From Octopus sinensis (Eukaryota), in assembly GCF_006345805.1 (NCBI RefSeq), contig NC_042998.1, positions 175,646,001 through 175,710,000 of the forward strand: a DNA stretch of 64,000 bases, in the 5' to 3' direction. The first letter of the stretch is position 1; each line of letters begins with the position of its first letter. Positions 37,395-49,700 of the stretch are shown piece after piece. The notes under the pieces are model-generated. The model was not told the DNA's origin. It searched no databases and saw only the letters and a list, made by a program, of their open reading frames with translations. A program made the position numbers and the translations under genes.

Positions 37395-37680
37395 CACACA
37401 CACATGTATACATATACATGTATGTACATATATTTATCTTCACATACACACACACACACATATGGTGACCCTAGAGTTTACATTAGTTTAATTTTCCTCA
37501 AATACCGTTTTCCATTGTTACATTGAATGTGTATGTTTATAATGCTCGTGTGCATGTATATACACATGCACCTACATGTTTGTGTGTGTATATAGATATA
37601 TCTATATCTATCTATATATTTTATATATGTATATATATATATATATGTCTATATATTTTATATATATATATATATGTCTA

Positions 37681-37740
<60 letters not shown>

Positions 37741-37971
37741 GCACACAGGCACGTATGAGTATGTATATACTTACGAATGAGTGTATATATTGTTTCTTCA
37801 GGGCGGAGTCTCATAAAATAGTCGATATATAAAAATGAAAGCAAACAAGCCTTTTTAACAAGTAAAAAAGCATATCTTCGAAAGATATGTTACGTACAAA
37901 TGTTTGTTTTACGAAAGTGAAACTGATGTAAACTCGAGGATGTCTCTCTGTCACTCTTTCTTCTTTCTTTG

Positions 37972-38002
<31 letters not shown>

Positions 38003-38667
38003 TTATACATACATATGTGTGCGTGTATACACATATATTTACACGCAGATGCCATTTTCAGATGGAACTATATGCGCCTTTATTGCTCATCACATGAATG
38101 TCATCATTTTTCACTCCGAATGAATATGTTAAAAAAAGAAAGGTAAAGGTCATTTATGCATTCCTCTCTCCTCGTCTGTCTGTCTGTCTGTCTCTCTCTC
38201 TGTCTCTCTCTCTCTCTCACACACACACACAATAATGTATGCAATATTATATATAAAAATTTTCTAAATATCTTGCATAAACCTTTTACATATTTCTTGT
38301 AATGGTTTATATTGTAATAATTGTTTTAAAATCGAATTTCATCCGGAACTTTTGTGTAATATTTATTTATTTACATTTAAAATCACACATGGTTCCATTT
38401 AATGAAACATTGAAAATAAAGAATACAGAACCTTTTCCTAATTCTTCAACTGATATACTCTTACTCATTACTCTTTTACTTGTTTCAGTCATTTGACTGC
38501 GGCCATGCTGGAGCACCGCCTTTTTAGTCGAGCAAATCGACTCCGGAACTTATTCTTTGTAAGCCCAGTACTTATTCTATCGGTCTCTTTTGCCGAACCG
38601 CTAAGTGACGGGGACGTAAACACACCAGCATCGGTTGTCAGGCAATGCTAGGGGGACAAACACAAAC

Positions 38668-38711
<44 letters not shown>

Positions 38712-39059
38712 CATACATATATACGACGGGCTTCTTTCAGTTTCCGTCTACCAAATCCACTCACGAGGCTTAGGTTGGCCCCAGGCTATAGTAGAAGACA
38801 CTTGCCCAAGGTGTCATGCAGTGGGACTGAACCCGGAACCATGTGGTTGGTTAGCAAGCTACTTACCACACAGCCACTCCTGCGCCTATGAGATTTGATT
38901 CTGTTAAATATTGTAGAATATTTCCTGATTGTGTATAAATTTAATTGTTACCTAATGAAAATGAATGGCAGATGATTTAATGATTCAAGCAGCCTGACCC
39001 TTCTCACCAATTTCTTGGTATCAAATATATAACTACTATCTTTGGGTATATCTGGTGAT

Positions 39060-39290
39060 ACCTAATCCAGACAGCCAATCGAAGGAGAAGGGCTTTCTCC
39101 GTCCGGGTTGCGGATCCGTGGAATAAGCTGCCGGACGAGATAGTGAAGATGCCGACGACCGCTCGGTTCAAAGTCTCTCTTGACCAGAAATAGCCTGAAC
39201 TCTTTGGATGAACACCCTCCCTGTACATAATTCCATGTCCCCCTACATGGCCTTGCTTTTTGCTTTTTGAGCTAAAAAATTAACTTAACT
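39060..39290 (+). mobile_element. CR1/L2 LINE extreme 3' fragment
   Basis: Translates RRRAFSVRVADPWNKLPDEIVKMPTTARFKVSLD. Confidence 0.7.
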
Positions 39291-40749
39291 AAGATGCATG
39301 ATGAACCAGCCGCAATTGTTTGAATTGATGATATGGGCTAGACTCAGTAACCCAACACTATATTCCAACATATCGTTACTATTATTATAATTTAATTCAG
39401 GGATTTAAAAAAAATTTAATTAGATCTTGTATAGTGTTAGGTTTTTAGCAAACTGAGTTCCCAAATACCTCTTGTAGAAAATATAGAAATATGTGGATGT
39501 CATTTAATTCAATACCTTTTCCTTAAAATTTTCAATGTGTGTGTGTTTATAAAGAACCCATTAATAATTCCAAAGCAAGTTGTTGGAATCAGTGCAGACT
39601 GTGGAAAGCATGGCTAAAGCTTTCATTGTATCTAGTTGAATATCTTGATAGCTGAATATTTTCAGAAGTGTATAAAAAAGGTATTGGGAATTATTTCAGT
39701 TGACTGTCTCCCTGCACACCAAAACTGGCCTTGCAAGACATTTTACGGAAACCTTTTATTTTTAAATGTATTTAGTATTTTAATCTTGAATTTAAAAATC
39801 CACATACATGTCATGTAATTGGTATTTTGGGGATAATGCTTAGCTCAATTCATCCTTGATCAAAGAGACCCATTATCAAAGCCATTCTAGTCATGCCCAT
39901 CCTTACTTTTTGTATAGCAGACATGTGGCTTTGGAGGCACTGAGTTGGATGTGTGGTAAAGAAGCTTGCTGTCCAACCATGTGGTTAAGGGTTCAGTCCT
40001 ATTGCACAGTACCTTGAGCAAGTGTCTTTTACTATAACTCCGCACAAGCCATGTGTGGATTTTGTATGTGAAAACTGAAAGAAGCCCAATGTGTGTGTGT
40101 ACCTTTGTCTTGACATCATGTGGTGGTCTTAAATGAATATCACTGTCATACAAACAAGTTTATTCCCAGTTTTGCAGGAAAATCATTACCTTGTTAGAAA
40201 ATGGATTAGAGTTGCTGTCAGGAAAGTTGACATTTGCTGTTGAAAATTTACCTCAATTTCTGTCTGACTATAGAAAGGTGGATGTTAAATGATGATGATG
40301 GACTGCATTGTACAATGTGGTATTCCTTACTTAAGATGGTGTGATTTGAGGACTGCAGTTTCTAGCAGGTTGAGTTGTACAAGTCTGAACTTGAATTTTT
40401 ACGAATGGTAGAAAATTTTGTTTAAACTTTGTTACAACAAGCTTACATTATCTTTCATCCATCTAGGTCAGTAAAATATCTACCATTAAAATGCACACAA
40501 ATTAGTGTCAAATCAGTTTGGTAGCTTTAATGTCATTGTTCAACTTACAACAAATAGCAGTCAAATCTCATTCAAATCATACTCTTGTAATTTAAAAAAA
40601 ATGTGTGGTATAAAGTTTGCATCTCAGCCACAGTTTTGAGTTCAGTCCCACTGTATGGCACCTTCAGCAAGTGTCTTCTACTATAATCCTAACCCAGAAC
40701 CAGGGAAAAGCCTACTGTATGAATGTATGTATGTATATATATATATATA

Positions 40750-41325
40750 TATCATCATTATCATCATCATTTAATGTCTGCTTTCCATGCTAGCATGGGT
40801 TGGACTATTTGACTGAGGACCAGCAAACCAGATGGCTGCACCAGACTCCAATCTGATTTGGCAGAGTTTCTACAGCTGGATGCCCTTCCTAACGCCAACC
40901 ACTCCGAGAGTGTAGTGGGTGCTTTTATGTGCCACCGACGTGAGGGCCAGTCTGGCGGTACTGGCAACGGCCACGCTCAAATGATGTTTTTTACGTGCCA
41001 CCTGCACAGGAGTCAGTCCAGCGGCACTGGCAATGACCTCGCTCGAATATTTTGTTTACATGTCAGTAAGGCGACGCTGGTAATGATCATGCTCAAATGC
41101 TGCTTTTTATGTGCCACCGGCGCGGAAGCCAGACAGATGCTCTGGCAGTGATCCCGCTCGAATGGAGCTGTTAGTACTCCACTTACACGGATGCCAGTTG
41201 TCATATTTGGTTCGATTTCGATTTCACTTGCCTCAACAGGTCCTTGCAAGCAGAGTTTTGTGTCCAAAGAAGGAAAGGTACGCATAAATGGGCTGGCTAC
41301 ACCTCTGGTAAAGGCCACAATGTCA
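40750..41325 (+). mobile_element. Abundant ~570-bp repeat (CATCAT-flanked family), left copy
   Basis: CTGCTTTCCATGCTAGCATGGGTTGG..GCTGGATGCCCTTCCTAACGCCAACCACTCCG family; other copies at 11.4, 12.0, 45.9-46.7, 53.8 and 56.9 kb. Confidence 0.75.
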
Positions 41326-41352
41326 AGGCAAGGAAACAGTATCACACACTCA

Positions 41353-41402
<50 letters not shown>

Positions 41403-41489
41403 TATTAGAGACAAAACCACTATTTTGCAAAACAAACAAGGAAAGACTTAATCAATACATAAAATTTTAATAAATAGTCAATAAAACCG

Positions 41490-41532
41490 CCACTACAATT
41501 GTTTCTTGTCTTGATCGACAATCTTCAGGTGG
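41490..41532 (-). ncRNA. Minimal type I hammerhead ribozyme (mirror copy)
   Basis: Exact reverse complement of 41577-41619. Confidence 0.85.
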
Positions 41533-41576
41533 ACTTCAATAAGTCAGTTTCAAATTTGAAACTGACTTATTGAAGT

Positions 41577-41619
41577 CCACCTGAAGATTGTCGATCAAGA
41601 CAAGAAACAATTGTAGTGG
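41577..41619 (+). ncRNA. Minimal type I hammerhead ribozyme
   Basis: CCAC-CUGAAGA-UUGUC(gaucaa)GACAA-GAA-ACAAUUGU-A-GUGG: canonical core, palindromic stem III, predicted cleavage after GUA (41615). Confidence 0.85.
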
Positions 41620-41794
41620 CGGTTTTATTGACTATTTATTAAAATTTTATGTATTGATTAAGTCTTTCTTGTTTGTTTTGCAAAATAGTGGTTTTGTCTC
41701 TAATAATATTTTATAATATTTTACTATAAAATTGGATTTAATCCTAAATCTGATTTTTTTCCCTGTAAATTTGGATTTATTCCCTAATATTTAT

Positions 41795-41825
<31 letters not shown>

Positions 41826-41829
<4 letters not shown>

Positions 41830-42415
41830 GGCCTATGCCAGGGGTGTAACCAGTCCACTTATGCATGCCTTTCCTTCATTGGACACTAAACTCTGCTTGC
41901 GAAGACTTGTTGAGGCAAGTAAAAGCGAAATCAAAATCAAATTCAATGACTGGCATCCGTGCTAGCGGAGCGTTAAGAGTATCATACGAGTGAGATTGTT
42001 GCCAGAGCAACAAGCTGGCCTCCATGCCAATGGCACATTAAAAAACGCCATTTGAGCGTGATCGTTATCTGCATTGCCTTACTAGCACCTGTGCTGGTGG
42101 CACGTGAAAAACATTCAAAGCGAGGTCGTTGCCAGTGCCACTGGACTGGCTCCTGTGCAGGTGGCACATAAAAAGCACCATCTGAGTGTGGCCGTTGCCA
42201 GTACTGCCTGACTGGCCCTCGTGCCGGTGGCATGTAAAAGCACCCACTACACTCTTGTATAGTGGTTGGCATTAGGAAGGGCATCCAGCTGTAGAAACAT
42301 TGCCAGATCGGATTGGAGCCTGGTGCAGCCTTCTGGCTCACCAGCCCTCAGTCAAACCGTCCAACCCATGCCAGCATGGAAAGCGGACGTTAAACGACGA
42401 CAGCAATGATGATGA
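41826..42415 (-). mobile_element. Same ~570-bp repeat family, inverted relative to 40750-41325
   Basis: Diverged reverse complement of the left copy, with the same terminus (GGCCACAAT) facing the palindrome. Confidence 0.75.
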
Positions 42416-42699
42416 ATAAAGAACTTCCAGTTTCCAGATATTAAAGATTAATGATGTGTCTTGATATCCTTATGTATTATATTGGTCAGTTGATTATCTT
42501 TTGAAGCTTTGAAGAAAACTACTAATTGAAATCATGTTCTCTGGGATAGCCAACGTCGCCACCTTCAGATAGGTTGCATACTTTTGTTTCTGAAACAGAA
42601 ATTGAAAAATGTTCTACTATTCTTCTGAGTAGTGGTAGATATTTCAGTTAATAAGCCAAATATACATTTTATAAATCATACATATCATCATCTGGAAAA

Positions 42700-43230
42700 G
42701 ACTTTCTAACTAGAAAGGGTATGGCCTGGTCAGCCTGTAATGACATGCATAAGATCTGGTCATCAAATCTAAGTAGAGACTTCATACTTGAAATCTTCAA
42801 AGCCACAGTCGAACCAATTCTACTATATGGCTCAGAAACCTGGACGTTATCAAAGAAGCTTGAGAGGCGGTTGGATGGAACCTACACTCGCCTCCTTATG
42901 AGAGCTCAAAATCTCTCGTGGAGGCGCCATCCAACCAAAATGCAAATATATGGGAAACTATCACCTGTGTCATCTCTTGTGAAAGGTAGGAGAGTCCAGT
43001 TTGCTGGACATTGTTGTAGAGCTGAAAAAGAAGTAATTTCTACTCTTCTCCTCTGGAAGCCATCTACTCGCAATACCAAAGGGCGCACACTCTCCTACCC
43101 TGATGTAATCTCCAGGGATACAGGCATCCAGCAACAGGACCTCCGTAATGCCATGATGGACCGTGAAGTCTGGCGTAGCATGATAAATTCCATTGTCTCG
43201 ACCACGGTCGAACAATGATGATGATGATAC
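42700..43230 (+). mobile_element. RTE-clade LINE 3' end with (GAT)n tail
   Basis: ORF 42721-43218: ILLYGSETWTL..LDGTYTRLL..RVQFAGHC..DREVWR; TGATGATGATGAT tail. Confidence 0.88.
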
Positions 43231-43895
43231 ATTTTAGGATTGTTGGACTGTGTCCCATGTCCATGTGTTAGATTTGATTATGCTGACAGCTTCGAATGTC
43301 AGCATTTCTTGATAAGGATATTAAACAGGTGGTAACTGTTGACCAGATAAAATGTCTTTGTAACGTTGGTAGATACTACTTGTTTATTTCACATTTCTGT
43401 AGTTGCCGTCAAGAGATCTTGCTCATTTAACAGTAAACCTCTTGATCCTGATTTCACACTTAAAGATATTACATTGCATGTGTGAAATGGTTTAACCTGC
43501 AAACCACCAAACATCAGCTAAAAAGGGCTGGTGTGAATATCCTGTCACCATCACTACATTGTGTCTGTGACCAAAAGACTCAACTAAAATAGCCCAGTTC
43601 ACTTAGGTGTAACTAGGAATCACAGGATGGACATAAATGATCACTGTTAGCAGTGACAACTCTATTAAATTACTTAGTGTTTTGTTGACCTGGAGTGCTT
43701 GGTTCAACTCCTGTGAATACGGCTTGGGGGAGAATGGTTTCCCTATTGCTAATTTGTACTAGATCCATTCTATGAAAATGAAACTATCAAGGGAGTCCCT
43801 ATCACATGATGAGATCATTACATATATTGGGCTGAGAAATTCAGGATTCTGTATGTATTTCATTACTTTATAGCTCTTGTATGTCATTTGTTTAG

Positions 43896-44323
43896 GGATC
43901 TTTTCGGTTTGAACTGCAGTTTTTAACATAATTTCTAGGTAACTAAAAAGTTTTAAACTTCATATACTGGTAGAATGTGTTTATAAAACATCTTTTTCTC
44001 TTGGCTTTATTGAGAAAATTCTATAGTTTGTAAGATATTTGTTGTTTTTTTTCTTCAATTTCTGCAATTTCAACCAATCAATGACTTCTATTGAGCTAAA
44101 AAACATTCTGTGCCGTATGAATATGTCCCTCGTTTAAGAAACAGATTGGGTTTATTTACATTTGTGAAGAAAAAAAGATACCCTTCCCCCTCCCCTAACC
44201 CTAACCCTAACTCTAACCCTAAAATAGATTGAAATGCAATAGATCGATACTAGGGTCATAATTATGGGTGACAATTTCATATGACACCAGTAGAAAAAAC
44301 TGCCGTTCAAACTGAAAAGATCC
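43896..44323. mobile_element. 428-bp MITE with 28-bp TIRs and 8-bp TSD (Merlin-like), containing (CCCTAA)n
   Basis: TIR GGATCTTTTC(A/G)GTTTGAAC(G/T)GCAGTTTTT; TSD TTGTTTAG at 43888-43895 and 44324-44331. Confidence 0.85.
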
Positions 44324-45847
44324 TTGTTTAGTATAATCTTTAGAAATAACTATTCATTAATTTATTTTATTTTATTATGTTTTGTGTTAAAAAAATTTAA
44401 AGCTGTTTTATATTTTCTGTTTTTATTACACATAATAACTTTGAAGATTCCCAGTTTTTTTCACTATCTTATTTAAATTAAAATGTAGATTACGTTCCAG
44501 TTATTTTGCTTTACTATTAATTTCTTTATCTTAACAAAAAAACTAACCTCATTAAACGTTTTATTGACATTTATTTAATTTTTTTTTTTATCTGTTTAGC
44601 AAATTTAGATAATTGCCAATGAATTGTTCCAGCAATTAACTGTTACTTGTTCTCATTACAATTAACCACTTATTGTAAATTAGCACCTGCTGCCAGTGTT
44701 ATATTGTCGGTCGATATTAAAAGAAAACGAGGTGAATAATATCATGAAATTATATTGAAATAAATATATAGGTGTAGGAGTGGCTGTGTGGTAAGTAACT
44801 TGTTTACCAACCACATGGTTCTGGGTTCAGTCCCACTGCATGGCATCTTGGGCAAGTGTCTTCTACTATAGCCTCGGGCCGACCAAAGCCTTGTGAGTGG
44901 ATTTGGTAGACGGAAACTGAAAGAAGCCCGTCGTATTTATGTATATATATATATATATGTGTGTGTGTTTGTGTTTGTCCCCCTAGCATTGCTTGACAAC
45001 CGATGCTGGTGTGTTTATGTCCCCGTTACTTAGCGGTTCAGCAAAAGAGACTGATAGAATAAGTACTGGGCTTACAAAAGAATAAGTCCCAGGGTCGAGT
45101 TGCTCGATTAAAGGCGGTGCTCCAGCATGGCCGCAGTCAAATGACTGAAACAAGTAAAAGAGTATATATTTAAATGCAGTACACACTGTAAAGTGGTTGG
45201 TGTTAGGAAGGACACCCAGCCATAGAAACCATGCCAAAGCAGACACTTGAGTACAGTACGATCTTTGGGCTCATCAAATCCTGTCAAACTGTCCAACTCT
45301 TTTTAGCATGGGAAAATGGACATTAAATAGTCCTTTCCACTATTGGCACTATGCCTGAAATTTTGGTGGATGGGAGCAGTCAATTAGATCAATCCTAGTA
45401 CATTACTGGCACTTAATTCTTTTCTACTCGAGGCACAAGGCCAGAAATTTTTTAGGAGGGGCCATTTGATTAGATCGAAATCAGTACATAACTGGTACTT
45501 AATTCATTGACCCCGGAAGGATAAAAGGCAAACTTGACCTTGGCGGAATTTGAACTGCTAAGCATTTTGTCTGGCACACTAATGATTCTGCCAGCTCGCC
45601 ATCTTAATGGACACTAAATAATGATGCTTCTAAAGAGTGAAAGAGATTTAACTGCTTTTCGAATAATTGCATAGAAACTCTCTTGCTGATTCATTAAAAA
45701 CATATTTGTTATCTGTACTCATCTTTTAGCTTTTACCTTTTTACTTGTTTCAGTCATTGGATTGCATGGTGCCAGGGTACATGCTGGGGTACCACTATGA
45801 TGGATTTAGTCAAACAAATTAACCCGAGTTCATATTAGTTTTTTTAC

Positions 45848-45850
<3 letters not shown>

Positions 45851-45886
<36 letters not shown>

Positions 45887-46770
45887 ATCGAAATCGATCA
45901 ACATCAATGGAAATTGCAGCTGTGATACCAGTGCCGCCCCGACTGGCCTCGTGCCGGTGGCACGTAAAAAGCACCATCCGTTTGTGGCTGTTGCCAGCCT
46001 TGTCTGGCACCTGTATCGGTGGCACGTAAAAAGCACCCACTACACTCACGGAGTGGTTGGTGTTAGGAAGGGCATCCAGCTGTAGAAACATTGCCAGATC
46101 AGACTGGGCTGGTGCAGCCTTCTGGTTCCCAGACCCCAGTTGAACCATCCAACCCATGCTAGCATGGAAAGCAGATGCTAAATAACGATGATGATGATGA
46201 TGATTATTATTATTATTGAGTGATAGAGCAGTGCATGCCATCAAAGTGACACTGGGGTAAAATATACGAAGCCCAGTATACCCATCATGACTATTATTAT
46301 TATTATATTATTATTATTATTATTATTATTATAATCGAAATCGATCAACATCAATGGAAATTGCAGCTGTGATACCAGTGCCGCCCCGACTGGCCTCGTG
46401 CCGGTGGCACGTAAAAAGCACCATCCGTTTGTGGCTGTTGCCAGCCTTGTCTGGCACCTGTATCGGTGGCACGTAAAAAGCACCCACTACACTCACGGAG
46501 TGGTTGGTGTTAGGAAGGGCATCCAGCTGTAGAAACATTGCCAGATCAGACTGGGCCTGGTGCAGCCTTCTGGCTTCCCAGACCCCAGTTGAACCATCCA
46601 ACCCATGCTAGCATGGAAAGCAGATGCTAAATAACGATGATGATGATGATGATTATTATTATTATTGAGTGATAGAGCAGTGCATGCCATCAAAGTGACA
46701 CTGGGGTAAAATATACGAAGCCCAGTATACCATCATGACTATTATTATTATTATTATTATTATTATTAAG
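45851..46770. repeat. ~447-bp direct tandem duplication bounded by (ATT)n tracts
   Basis: ATAATCGAAATCGATCAAC recurs with period 447; the copies differ only by single-base indels. Confidence 0.9.
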
Positions 46771-49700
46771 AAGACAGTGAGCTGGCAGAATTATTAGCAT
46801 GCCGGGCAAAATGCTTTGCAGCATTTCGTCTATCTTTACATTCCAAGTTCAAATTCTGCCAAGGTTAGCTTTACCTTTCATGCTTTTGGGGTCAATAAAT
46901 TAAGTATCAGTGAAACATTGGGGTTGATGTAATCAGCTAGCCTCTCCATCCCCTCCAAAATTTCAGGCCTTGTGCCTATAATAGAAAGGCTTATATTTTT
47001 AGTTTGGCACTTAGTCTATTGGTTTCATTCATGGGCTGCTAAGTTTCAGGGATGTAAACAAACCAATGTCAATTGTTAAGCAGTGTGTGGTCAAACACAA
47101 ACATAAAGACATATACACACATACATATGTCATCATCATTTAATGCCTGTTTTCCATGCTGGCATGGGTTGGGTGATTTAATCGGGTCATGTGAGCTGCA
47201 GGGCTGAATCATGCTCTATGCCAGCTTTAGTATGGCTTCTATGGCTGGATGCTCTTCTTTACACCAACTACTTTACAGTGTCTACTGAGGGCTTTTTTTT
47301 TTTCATGTTACCAGCACTTTTGAGTTTGTCAAGATTTGCAAGACAGGAAGAGCTTCTACCCATGAAGAACTTCTGATTTTAGTTGATCTAAGGATTAAAT
47401 AGTTTATAAATTTGGAGATTGGACCATTTAAATCAAGTGTCCCCTTGTTTCCTCATTCATTAGTTCTCTCTGCTTTTAAAATTCTTTGTGAAAATAATCC
47501 TGTGGTAAGTAGCTTGCTAACCAACCACATGGTTCCGGGTTCAGTCCTACTGTGTGGCACCTTGGGCAAGTGTCTTCTACTATAGCCTCGGGCCGACCAA
47601 AGCCTTGTGAGTGGATTTGGTAGACGGAAACTGAAAAGAAGCCCATCGTATATATATATATGTGTGTGTGTGTTTGTGTGTCTGTATTTGTCCCCCAACA
47701 TCGCTTGACAACTGATGCTGGTGTGTTTACGTCCCCTTAACTTAGCGGTTCAGCAAAAGAGACTGATAGAATAAGTACTGGGCTTCCAAAGAATAAGTTC
47801 TGGGGTCGATTTGCTCGACTAAAGGTGGTGCTCCAGCAAGGCTGCAGTCAAATGACTGAAACAAGTAAAAGAGTAAAAGAGTAAATACATTCTTGTATTC
47901 TGGTTTCGTGTTTGAACTGTTGTCATACTAGAGCAGTCTTTAAGGCTAGAGTTGATCATATCAACCCTAGTGCTTCTTTTTCTGGGACATTTTTTATCAA
48001 TTTCTATTTGTTGAACTGCTAGATTACATCTTAAGTTTATTTTAATTTTGAAAATAATTAAGAATTTCAAAGAATTTTTAAAATATAATAACCAAAGCCT
48101 TGTGAGTAGATTTGGTAGATGGAAACAGAAAGAAGCCTGTCATATATAAAACAAATAAAAGAATAAAAGAATTTTAATTAAAGAACTAGTACTTTATTTT
48201 ATCTATCCCAAAAGGATGAAAAGGAAAGTTAGCTATGACAGGGGTTGAACTTATAAAGAGAAGTCAGGCATTTTGTCTAACACTAATGCTGAATCCATCA
48301 TAATAGCGATTACTAATATTAGTATATGTTTAGGAATTTGGGAGGGGAGTGTAGTTGATTAAATCAATTCCAGAAATACAAATGTAGTGCCTTTATCAGG
48401 ATATAAAGTTTTGATCTTTTGGTTAGTGATCGATCATCTGTAGCTGATTTGAGGAGGATAAACTGGCATATAAACTTGATCGGTGTTAGATGTGGTTTAC
48501 TTTGGGAGAGAATATTGTGATTTAATAGCATTGTTTTAAACATTGTCAATGATAACAGAGTGCCCCAGCATAGCCACAGGCTGGATGCCTGTAAAAGAAA
48601 AAGCAAAACTAAAAACAAAAAACCAATAAAGCTCCTATTGTTTTGTCCATGGTCAAACTGTGAGGAAAGGCATTCCAAGTATGACCATCCCATTTTTTGG
48701 GGGGATTATCTAGGACTAGTCATTTTTTAAAATATTTAAAATAGACTATTTCAGAGAAATTGCCTGCTGTTTTTAGCAAGTCCAGAAATCACATAGAGAC
48801 TCTGGTTGCTTGATCTGCTTGAGCTAGCAATGAAATCGCCTTCAAATCACATACTACAATTTTAAAAATGGATGAATATATTGGATATTGTATTTCTTCT
48901 AAGTGCACTGTACTTAGGAAAAAGGATAGGGTGGCCACAGGTGGATTGTATTTGGTTTATCAGGGCTGATCTGTGGCTAAACAGCAACAAGAGACAAAAA
49001 ATGCAAATAAACAACATTCTTATGTCCCAGTGAACATTGTTGACAATGGCAAAGCTGATGTGTATCTGGTTGATTAGAGCACTCTTGGGCTTCAAACACT
49101 TAATAAGATTATACTTAATTAATGTTATTTCGGCAGTTAACAACAGTTGATTAAGTAAGAAGCTTGAGAAGTTGTCATTAAGTTTTGCCTTTTTCCTCGT
49201 TTTTCTTCCCATTAATACATGCCACCACCACTGCTGCTGCTGCCATCATCATCATCATCATCATCATCATTTCAATTATGTAGTAGTAAATCTAGTCTCT
49301 TCAATATAACAATCAATACTTAATTGTTATTCTGAAATCAACACACATAGTCTGTTACCTTTTTTTTTTTTAAATTTAAAAGAGATTTAACTGCTGTTTC
49401 TAGTAGGATGAGTGACTACCTTTGGATGCCCCTATGGGCTCAGTTAACTTCTGATCGTGTAGGAATGTTGGTTGAATCTACTCAAGTTATTTTATCATTC
49501 CTGGAGAGATGGAACTCCACACAAAAATGATTGGGTTTGAACTCAGAGCCAAGATGCAAGAAAGTAAATACTGTATTACAATTCATCCAGTGAAATCATT
49601 GCTTTCATTGCCCCTAATACTCACATTAAAGTTTGGTTTCTTGCATTGGTACACAGCCACACATTTGTAAGGAAGGGATGTTGTGGAATGTTTTTTTTTT

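Larger units (their letters stand above)
41393..41715. repeat. Spacer-less ~323-bp palindrome (inverted PLE pseudo-LTR duplication)
   Basis: Centre TTTCAAA|TTTGAAA at 41554/41555; the arms differ only by one G (AACAAGGAAAG vs AACAAGAAAG). Confidence 0.95.
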
